Virus record (IMG/VR): IMGVR_UViG_3300013285_000063
Location: 1-26,619 of that record
Direction: 5' to 3' (one strand)
Length of the DNA stretch: 26,619 nt
Origin: a virus
Taxonomy: Duplodnaviria > Caudoviricetes
The notes below the pieces were generated by a model. That model saw nothing but the letters and a program-made list of their open reading frames with translations. It was not told the DNA's origin and searched no databases. Positions 19,507-26,619 of the stretch are shown one piece after another. Numbering within the stretch: the stretch's first letter is position 1; each line of letters begins with the position of its first letter. The translations under genes were made by a program, and so were the position numbers.

Positions 19507-20619
19507 ATAACTTTACCAGCAAGTCCCACATTGAATCAAACCTATACCTTAGGTTCAAAAACTTGGATATGGAATGGCACATCCTGGAGAGCGACAGTTA
19601 CTGCAACAACAGTAGCATCATATGATACTCCCACTACAAGCACTGGATATTTGGCATTGCCCAGCGGAAATACAGTTCAACGCCCACCAACTCCAACGGT
19701 GGGTAATTCACGATGGAATACAACTTTATCTGCCGCTGAAGTATGGACTGGAACATCATGGTTTCCTTATGCTAATTCACTACCTGCAACAGCATCTATA
19801 GATATATTAGTGGTAGCAGGTGGAGGTACAGGTGGCTCTGGCGGGGCTGGCGGTTACGGCGGCGGCGGCGCGGGCGGATTGATCTATATAACTTCTTTTC
19901 CGGTTATTGTTGGTTCAACTTATGTTATAACAGTGGGCGGCGGCGGATCTTCGTTAAGTGGCACCGCTACAGCCAAAGGTAACAATTCAGTAGTGGCTAA
20001 TACAAGCGCAGGTAGAACATTAACGGCAATAGGTGGTGGTTCAGGTGCATTAGGAGACGTACAGACAGGTGGCTCTGGCGGCGGAAGTTGGTATTCTGGA
20101 TATACAGGTGCTGCTAGCATACAACCAGTAGCTACATACGATGGTTTAAATACATATGCAACCACAGGTTGGGGCAATAAAGGTGGAGATTCAGGCAGCT
20201 CTCAGCCATACGGCAGCGGCGGCGGCGGCGCGGGCGGCGCAGGTGGTAATTATAATGGAACAAACGGACCAGTAGGTGGGCTTGGAAAAACTTACGATAT
20301 AAGTGGAACAACTACTACCTATGCAGGTGGCGGTAGCTCCTCAGGTTATCCTGGCGTAGTTTTATTCATTAATGATAGTTACGGTGGATTAGGTGGCGGA
20401 GGTACTGGTTACAATACTGCATATAACACAGCATCCAATGGGCAAAGCGGTAAAGGCGGCGGGGGCGGATCAGGTGGTAGCGGCGGCGGCGGCGTTGTAA
20501 TTTTAAGGTATTCTACTGCATACGCTGCTGCTATATCAACTACCGGCTCTCCCACTATTACAAATAATGGATCGTATCGTATTTACAACTGGACAACATC
20601 AGGTTCAATAACTTTTTAA
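19501..20619 (+). CDS. Glycine-rich domain tail-fibre-like protein, C-terminal-extension (SITF) form (372 aa)
   Basis: LPASP module, GNTVQRP, IDILVVAGGG; ends VVILRY...TTGSPTITNNGSYRIYNWTTSGSITF. Confidence 0.85.
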   Translation: MAITLPASPTLNQTYTLGSKTWIWNGTSWRATVTATTVASYDTPTTSTGYLALPSGNTVQRPPTPTVGNSRWNTTLSAAEVWTGTSWFPYANSLPATASIDILVVAGGGTGGSGGAGGYGGGGAGGLIYITSFPVIVGSTYVITVGGGGSSLSGTATAKGNNSVVANTSAGRTLTAIGGGSGALGDVQTGGSGGGSWYSGYTGAASIQPVATYDGLNTYATTGWGNKGGDSGSSQPYGSGGGGAGGAGGNYNGTNGPVGGLGKTYDISGTTTTYAGGGSSSGYPGVVLFINDSYGGLGGGGTGYNTAYNTASNGQSGKGGGGGSGGSGGGGVVILRYSTAYAAAISTTGSPTITNNGSYRIYNWTTSGSITF

Positions 20620-20638
20620 CATATAAAAATTAATTCAA

Positions 20639-20658
20639 ATAAATAGACAATAAGGAGA
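20639..20658 (+). promoter_or_regulatory. Putative late promoter box ATAAATA plus strong Shine-Dalgarno TAAGGAG
   Basis: ATAAATA at 20639-20645 and TAAGGAG at 20651-20657, ahead of ATG 20667. Confidence 0.6.
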
Positions 20659-20666
20659 CACTTAAC

Positions 20667-21035
20667 ATGGGTCATTTTGCACAAATTAATGAAGCTAATC
20701 AGGTAGTTCAGGTCATCGTAGCTGAACAAGATTTTATCAACACCGGTCTAGTCGGTAGTCCATCAACTTGGATTCAAACAAGTTATAATACTTTTGCCGG
20801 TCAACATAGACTTGGCGGTACTCCACTTCGTAAAAACTATGCAGGTATCGGATACGCATATGATAGCTCACTAGATGCTTTCATTCCACCTAAACCATTT
20901 CCAAGCTGGACATTAGTAGAAGATACTTGCCAATGGGAACCACCTACTCCAATGCCAACTGATGGTAAAATGTATAGATGGGATGAAGATACACTAGCTT
21001 GGATTGAAATAGTTGTTCCTGCAATAACTGAATAA
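20667..21035 (+). CDS. Conserved phage protein of the 'MAHFA..QTSYN..RKNYAGIG..DAFIPPKP.PSW' type, possibly a fibre assembly factor (122 aa)
   Basis: Strong RBS. I recognise this motif set from hypothetical proteins that neighbour glycine-rich genes in aquatic phages. The function is inferred. Confidence 0.75.
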   Translation: MGHFAQINEANQVVQVIVAEQDFINTGLVGSPSTWIQTSYNTFAGQHRLGGTPLRKNYAGIGYAYDSSLDAFIPPKPFPSWTLVEDTCQWEPPTPMPTDGKMYRWDEDTLAWIEIVVPAITE

Positions 21036-21039
21036 CAGA

Positions 21040-21441
21040 ATGGCTAATTTTCCTTTCGTTACTGATACTGGATTTTCTACTGGGACTGCTGGGTATTCAG
21101 TTCCAATAGTATTAAATGATATATCAAATCAGTTTGATGGATACAAAACAGTGTTCCCACTAAAACAAGATCAAACTGTCATAAATAATATAGTTGATAG
21201 TAAAGATTTGGAAGTAGTTATTAATGGACAACGACTAGCACCATATGTAGATTCAATAACTTATCCGTGGATAACACCATATGATTCGTTTAGAGGATTT
21301 AGAGTTGTTGCTGGAAATGTAATCATTTATAATGCACCATTTATTGGTGATAGCGCAACTTTAATTTATAGGCCCGCTAGTATAGCAAGACAGAAGATAA
21401 AATACCCATATTCAGCGGCTACAATCGCATTCGGAGTTTAA
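21040..21441 (+). CDS. Hypothetical structural protein (133 aa) ending in hydrophobic tail YSAATIAFGV
   Basis: LNDISNQFDG.KTVFPL...LEVVING.RL.P...NAP resembles the FxGDG...V.vdG...AP repeat seen in the first ORF and in the 11592 ORF. Confidence 0.7.
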   Translation: MANFPFVTDTGFSTGTAGYSVPIVLNDISNQFDGYKTVFPLKQDQTVINNIVDSKDLEVVINGQRLAPYVDSITYPWITPYDSFRGFRVVAGNVIIYNAPFIGDSATLIYRPASIARQKIKYPYSAATIAFGV

Positions 21442-21443
21442 TA

Positions 21444-24305
21444 ATGGCAAAACATGTAATATTAGAAGGTTATACATTTACCCCAGCAACAAAAACACTG
21501 GTAGTAACTGGTAAGAATATCAGAAGAGAGCAATTGTTGCTCATTACCAATACCACTGCTGGTACAGTAATATATAACTTTTCTGACAGTTCATTATTAG
21601 CTTCAAGCTATGTCAACGCAGTTGATAGTACCTCAGGACAAGAAACTACCACCATAGTTTTTGCATATAATACCGCTGCAATGAATGCAAGCGATAAAAT
21701 ATCAATTATGACGGAAGAAACTTATCAAGAGATTACTCCAGCAGAAGTAATGCGTGATCCAGTTGATAAACTCAGAGTAAGCAATCCACAAAGTTTGATT
21801 GATACTGACTTTGAATACGGAATCCAAAGTACTAAATGGGAAAGTTTGAGCTTATTAAACAATCGTCCCAGTGTATATTATGATCCAACTCAACCTATTA
21901 CCGGCACTTCATCATCTCCAATATTTTCTGGAAGTAGTAGTACATATGTAATCACTAATGTGACCGCTTCAGGAAAAGTTGTAACTGTTGCTATCGCCAA
22001 TACAACTGGCATAACAGTTGGTACTCCAATATTTGTACAAGGAACATTAGATAATGCTAATGCTGACGGATGGTGGGTCGTTGAAGTCGTAACTGGAAGT
22101 ACTAGTTTTTCATACACTGTTACTAATACTCCTGCAGCAGCATTATTTGATGTTAATAAAACTTATGTATACATGGGCACTTTCTTTACAGGTGCAGTAA
22201 TACCAGTGGGCTCGGGAACTACTCAGATAGTAGTATCAACCGTAACTGCTACTGTGACCACTACTAATGCACATGGATTAAGAGTTGGTGATGGAATTTA
22301 TGTTGTTGCTACCACTGGGGTCTCTGGGCTTAATAGTAGTTGGATCGTTGCAACTACTCCAACAAATAATACATTTACATTTACTATTCCATCAAGCTCA
22401 GGAACGGTCACTACACAGGCTAATGCCAACCTATATACAAGATCATTGGGATATATTCAGCATAGAGCATTTGATGGCGGAGTGCAATTCACAAATGCTT
22501 CTCCATATCACGGGTATCAAGTAATTCGCCAGACAAGACGCTATTTTAGATATCAATCAGGTAAGGGTATACAGTTTAGTACTGGCAGTAGTTTAAAACC
22601 AACTATTCCCGTTGATAATATTACATCAAGTGGCACTACAGTAACCGTAACAACAAAATTTGCACATGGATTACAACCAGGCGCTACGGTTAATGTATTA
22701 GGTGCGACAGTTGCAGCAACTGGACTGGCTGATACTGCATACAATGGAACATTTACTGTGGTAACTGCTGCCAATCCTATTACTTTCACTTACACTGCAT
22801 TAAGTGTACCGGCTGCAAGTCCTGCATTTGGATTCCCACTATATGTTACACCAAATACCTGGTATGGTGGCAGTAACCGAATTGGTATGTTTGATAGTCA
22901 AAATGGATTTTATTTTGAATATGACGGTCAAACATTATATGCTGTTCGTAGAAATAGTGTAAGACAACTTTCTGGTATTTCATTAGCTACTAATGCCAGT
23001 CAAAGTGTAGTCGGAACTATTACAAAATTTTCTAGTGAACTAAAACCTGGTGATTTTGTAGTCATTCGTGGAAGCAGTTACTTAGTACAACAAATTACTA
23101 GTGATACACAGATGTATATCTATCCAGAATACAGAGGAGTAACTGCGGCTGCTTGCCAGGTTTCTAAAACAATTAATGTCAGGTCTCCACAAAGTGCGTG
23201 GAACATTGATAAAATGGACGGCACTGGTTCTAGCTTGACGAATCTTGACTTATCCAAGATGCAAATGTTTTATATAGATTATACTTGGTATGGTGCAGGT
23301 GCTATTAGATTTGGATTTAAAAATAACCGTGGCGAAATAATATATTGCCATAGAATGCCAAATAATAATGTGAACTATGAGGCATACATGCGGTCAGGTA
23401 ACTTGCCAGCTAGGTATGAAACAACTACTGTGCCAGTATCAAGTTATTTGACAGCAACTTTGTCAAGTGCTACAACAGCAAGCATGAGTGTTTCTGATAC
23501 TTCATTATGGCCTACTGCAGGTACTGTGGTGTTAACTCAAGCTGCAGCTACTTCTGCAGTTATTGAATATATAACTTATACAGGAAAAACAAGTACAACA
23601 ATAACTGGCTTAACTCGCGGGGTCGCTGGTGGCAGTGCTGCTACCACATTTACTTACTCAGCTACTGCTCCTATTCAGGTTGAATTGACTAGTCCAACTT
23701 GTGCTAGTACCATAAATCATTGGGGTAGTTCTGTTATAATGGATGGTAAATTTGATGATGATAAGAGCTTTGTATTCAATGCTGGCATGAATACAGTTTT
23801 GACTAATCAAGCTGCTAATGGAAGATATGCATTAATGAGTATTAGATTAGCCCCTTCAGTAGATAATGGACTAACTGGATTGCTCGGAGTAAGAGAAATT
23901 ATAAATAGAATGCAGTTAACACCACGCGGAATGGATTCATTTACATCAGGTGCTGGATTTAGAATTGAACTAGTTCTTAATGGAAAACCAGCAAGTGGAA
24001 CATTCATTCCAGCAGGCGGCTCAAGTTTGGCTCAGATAGCATTCCATACATCTAATGTGGCTATTATTGGTGGAGAAAGTATATATTCTTTCTTTACTAA
24101 CTTGACGGGTGCAACTGCGACGGATTTGAACTTGGTACGAGACCTTAGTAATAGTATTTTAGGTGGTGGTACTACATTAACTGTTCCTACTGGTAATGCT
24201 GGTTTATTTCCTGACGGTCCAGATATAGTTACAGTAGTTGCGACTGCATTAGGTGGAACAAATACCATTAATGCCCGTATTTCTTGGACTGAAGCTCAAG
24301 CTTAA
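21444..24305 (+). CDS. Large virion structural protein (953 aa)
   Basis: DPVDKLRVSNPQSLIDTDFEYG, RQTRRYFRYQSGK, RIGMFD.QNG.YFEYDG and FYIDYTWYGAG.IRFG motifs resemble T4-like aquatic phage structural proteins. Three small 'VTVTT..AHGL..G..v.v.g...NG.f.V....TFTY' modules are present. Confidence 0.75.
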   Translation: MAKHVILEGYTFTPATKTLVVTGKNIRREQLLLITNTTAGTVIYNFSDSSLLASSYVNAVDSTSGQETTTIVFAYNTAAMNASDKISIMTEETYQEITPAEVMRDPVDKLRVSNPQSLIDTDFEYGIQSTKWESLSLLNNRPSVYYDPTQPITGTSSSPIFSGSSSTYVITNVTASGKVVTVAIANTTGITVGTPIFVQGTLDNANADGWWVVEVVTGSTSFSYTVTNTPAAALFDVNKTYVYMGTFFTGAVIPVGSGTTQIVVSTVTATVTTTNAHGLRVGDGIYVVATTGVSGLNSSWIVATTPTNNTFTFTIPSSSGTVTTQANANLYTRSLGYIQHRAFDGGVQFTNASPYHGYQVIRQTRRYFRYQSGKGIQFSTGSSLKPTIPVDNITSSGTTVTVTTKFAHGLQPGATVNVLGATVAATGLADTAYNGTFTVVTAANPITFTYTALSVPAASPAFGFPLYVTPNTWYGGSNRIGMFDSQNGFYFEYDGQTLYAVRRNSVRQLSGISLATNASQSVVGTITKFSSELKPGDFVVIRGSSYLVQQITSDTQMYIYPEYRGVTAAACQVSKTINVRSPQSAWNIDKMDGTGSSLTNLDLSKMQMFYIDYTWYGAGAIRFGFKNNRGEIIYCHRMPNNNVNYEAYMRSGNLPARYETTTVPVSSYLTATLSSATTASMSVSDTSLWPTAGTVVLTQAAATSAVIEYITYTGKTSTTITGLTRGVAGGSAATTFTYSATAPIQVELTSPTCASTINHWGSSVIMDGKFDDDKSFVFNAGMNTVLTNQAANGRYALMSIRLAPSVDNGLTGLLGVREIINRMQLTPRGMDSFTSGAGFRIELVLNGKPASGTFIPAGGSSLAQIAFHTSNVAIIGGESIYSFFTNLTGATATDLNLVRDLSNSILGGGTTLTVPTGNAGLFPDGPDIVTVVATALGGTNTINARISWTEAQA

Positions 24306-24318
24306 TTGGATTATATAA

Positions 24319-24936
24319 ATGTCAAGTAGAAGCAGTATTCAATATGTTATATCGGCTACTGCTCCTACTAGCGCGGCCATTGGTGATGAGTGGTATAATT
24401 CTACTACTAGTGTTTTATATCAACGATCATTAATCAGTGGTGTTGTAAGTTGGGTTCCAATTACACCTGCTCCTGCAAGTTCTTCTGGACAACTATTAGT
24501 AAGTCAAGATTCATCATTGCCTTCTGTATGGTCATCATCTGTATCTGTTTCTGCGTTAACTGTTGCTGGATTAACAACGACCCAGCAAACAACTGATATT
24601 ATTAATAGTTTAACTGGAGCTACTGGAACAGTCACTCACAATTTAAGTATTGGTGGTTTTTTTTATCATACTAGTATTGCAGCAAATTTTACAGCGAATA
24701 TAACCAATGTTCCTACTACTGATAATAGAACGATAATGGTTGTATTGATATTAAATCAAGGTGGAACACCATACATTCCAAATGTATTACAAATAGATGG
24801 TGCAGCACAAACTATTAAGTGGGTTGCATCTACTGTGCCTACAGGCAATGCTAGTAAAATTGATATTGTAGCATTTACTTTATTAAGAGTTAGTGGAGCC
24901 TGGACGGTGTTTGGACAATTATCATCTTACGGGTAA
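24319..24936 (+). CDS. Fibre adaptor-like structural protein (205 aa)
   Basis: APTSAAIGDEWYN motif. C-terminal HNLS.G.FFYHT...NFTAN.TN.P...LILNQG...KW...P.G...DIV.F...W.V.G domain of the type that precedes LamG genes in phages. Confidence 0.7.
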   Translation: MSSRSSIQYVISATAPTSAAIGDEWYNSTTSVLYQRSLISGVVSWVPITPAPASSSGQLLVSQDSSLPSVWSSSVSVSALTVAGLTTTQQTTDIINSLTGATGTVTHNLSIGGFFYHTSIAANFTANITNVPTTDNRTIMVVLILNQGGTPYIPNVLQIDGAAQTIKWVASTVPTGNASKIDIVAFTLLRVSGAWTVFGQLSSYG

Positions 24937-24937
24937 G

Positions 24938-26619
24938 ATGCTTCATTTAACTTCTTTTGCAACACTAGTTTCAGTCCTAGCAGTTGGTATTGCCGCAAAT
25001 GATCCCTACTTTAATACTACAGTTTTATTATTGAATGGTGATGTAACACCATTTACTTCTGATGCTAGTACAAATACATTTGACATAAGTCCAGTGGGTG
25101 CAACTAGTGCCAACACGAATAATCCATTGCAACCTGGTTATTATAGTGGGTCGTTTAATGGTAGTACTGATTATTTGAGTATTCCTGCAAGTACTAATTG
25201 GCAGTTTGGAACAGGTGACTATACTGTAGAATTTTGGATTAACACTGCAGGTGCAAATAGTCAGTTATTATCTCTAGTTGGAGGTACAGCGGCAGGTAAT
25301 TGGCAGATTTCCCTATATAATGGCAGCATTTACTGGCAGAGTGCTAGGAATACAACAGATACTTTAATAGTATCAAGTTCTGCTATATCAAATAGTCTTT
25401 GGCATCATGTAGCATATGTTAGAAGCACTGGAACCTTAAAAGTATACTTTGATGGTGTACAACAGGGCAGTACAGCAGATGCTACTAATTATAATGTAAG
25501 TAGTATACTTAATATTGGATATAGTACTGGATACTTTACAGGCTACCTATCTAATGTTCGTATAGTAAAAGGTACCGCAGTTTACACTGCAGCATTCACT
25601 CCATCAACTGCACCATTATCGGCTACACAAAGTGCGGGTACTAACATAGCGGCTATTACTGGAACGGCAACAAGTTTATTAACTTTACAAAGCTATTGTT
25701 TTATAGATAATTCCACTTACCAGACAACTCTTACACCAAGTGGCACACCCAGTATATCTGTAGCCCAGCCCTTTACCTTACCCTCACCATATACTGGTTA
25801 TGGTAGTGGATTGTTTAATGGTACGACGGATTATTTGAGTGTATCGGCTAGTTCAACATGGGCATATGGAACAGGGGATTTTACTATTGAATGCTGGGCT
25901 TATATTCCAAACTTTAATAGTCGTGGCACATTCTTATCTAATCGTACTAGCGTCTCGTCTACAACAGATTGGGCTCTGCAATGGTATGCAAATAAAGTGT
26001 ACTTTGGAACTACTAATACTGATTTAATAATTGGCGGATTAGTTAATAATCTTGTTGCGAATATTTGGAATCATATAACTGTAACTAGAAGTTCCGGAAC
26101 TTTACGGTTATTTGTTAATGGTGCATCCGATGCAACTCCAGTAACTGGTAATACAACTAATTTTTCCGCGGTACAGCAATTGGGTATTGGATTTCAGCCA
26201 TATACTAGTGGTATATATTTTTATACTGGTTATCTCTCTAATGTTCGCATTATCAAAGGCACGGCAGTTTACACCGGAGCATTCACACCCCCTACTTTAG
26301 CACCACTTACAAATGCAGGCGCAACTTCTGCTGCTGCTTACCCAAGTACAACCAATGTAAACATAACTTTTGCATCTTCAGCAACAAGTTTATTGACCTT
26401 ACAAAACAATCAAGCACAGAATAACAATCAATTTAGAGATAGTAGTACTAATAACTTTGCAGTAACTAGAACAGGTACACCGGCACAGGGTACGTTCACA
26501 CCGTTCTCGCAAACGGGATGGAGCGGATACTTTAATGGTACGACGGATTATTTATCTAATTCTTCGATGGGTGCATTGGGATCGGGAAGTTTTACAATTG
26601 AACTTTGGGTATACACCCC
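24938..26619 (+). CDS. 3'-truncated multi-LamG (ConA-like) domain protein
   Basis: Not in the ORF track because no stop lies in the window. ATG 24938 gives MLHLTSFATLV...NDPYFNTTVLLLNGD...FNGSTDYL..FGTGDYTVEFW..WHHVAYVR..GYLSNVRIVKGTAVY. A second domain (GDFTIECW..WNHITVTR) follows and a third (GSFTIELWVY) begins at the window edge. Confidence 0.85.
   Translation, partial: MLHLTSFATLVSVLAVGIAANDPYFNTTVLLLNGDVTPFTSDASTNTFDISPVGATSANTNNPLQPGYYSGSFNGSTDYLSIPASTNWQFGTGDYTVEFWINTAGANSQLLSLVGGTAAGNWQISLYNGSIYWQSARNTTDTLIVSSSAISNSLWHHVAYVRSTGTLKVYFDGVQQGSTADATNYNVSSILNIGYSTGYFTGYLSNVRIVKGTAVYTAAFTPSTAPLSATQSAGTNIAAITGTATSLLTLQSYCFIDNSTYQTTLTPSGTPSISVAQPFTLPSPYTGYGSGLFNGTTDYLSVSASSTWAYGTGDFTIECWAYIPNFNSRGTFLSNRTSVSSTTDWALQWYANKVYFGTTNTDLIIGGLVNNLVANIWNHITVTRSSGTLRLFVNGASDATPVTGNTTNFSAVQQLGIGFQPYTSGIYFYTGYLSNVRIIKGTAVYTGAFTPPTLAPLTNAGATSAAAYPSTTNVNITFASSATSLLTLQNNQAQNNNQFRDSSTNNFAVTRTGTPAQGTFTPFSQTGWSGYFNGTTDYLSNSSMGALGSGSFTIELWVYT

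Noticed and set aside
7976-20619. Assignment of the glycine-rich proteins as mycobacterial PE-PGRS or eukaryotic glycine-rich proteins
   Set aside because: There is no PE domain or signal peptide, the DNA is AT-rich, and the surrounding genes are phage structural types.
133-24268. Numerous minus-strand and alternate-frame ORFs in the track (for example 133-366, 8123-8650, 12277-12609, 13839-14417, 13843-14421, 17506-17865, 19057-19389)
   Set aside because: They lie inside or largely overlap coherent plus-strand genes and are shadows of Gly/Thr-rich or repetitive codons (poly-Pro, His-rich, CSTCCT or VLVQQVL repeats). They have no independent motifs.
24938-25000. Hydrophobic N-terminus of the last ORF as a signal peptide
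   Set aside because: It lacks a basic n-region and a clear cleavage motif. In this context it is more plausibly a docking segment for the upstream adaptor, and the sequence alone cannot settle it.
1-26619. Stop-codon reassignment (nearly all genes end in TAA, one in TGA, none in TAG)
   Set aside because: Genes are full length and tightly packed under the standard code with no in-frame TAG or TGA needing read-through. TAA preference is expected in an AT-rich genome.

Overview
This window is a tightly packed, all-plus-strand cluster of late/structural genes from a large, AT-rich tailed dsDNA phage, probably a T4-like or jumbo aquatic phage. I support 21 CDS, three of which the ORF track missed: a 5'-truncated gene (<2-1183), a 37-aa mini-gene (7055-7168) and a 3'-truncated gene (24938->26619). 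The products look like tail-fibre, receptor-binding or decoration proteins built from a small kit of reused modules: LamG/ConA-like domains, glycine-rich domains, collagen-like Gly-X-Y repeats, an N-terminal 'FPxxP..Q..WxWxG..W' module, 'GNTAQRP' and 'APxxPxxGxLW' motifs, and a tail-assembly-chaperone-like protein. The main points of interest are five. (i) Six glycine-rich paralogues occur in two apparently circularly permuted forms. (ii) Four near-identical DNA junctions span a stop and the next start, with mosaic sharing among paralogues and one collapsed 'empty' gene, suggesting a recombining cassette array of receptor-binding tips. (iii) A recurring gene grammar reads short hydrophobic C-terminal tail, then adaptor, then binding protein. 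(iv) A 1825-aa collagen fibre carries different passenger domains between duplicated flanks. (v) TAAATA late-promoter-like boxes sit only 3-6 nt before several start codons. I saw no RNA genes, CRISPR array, integrase, recombinase or reverse transcriptase. Product calls come from motif recognition only, not database searches.
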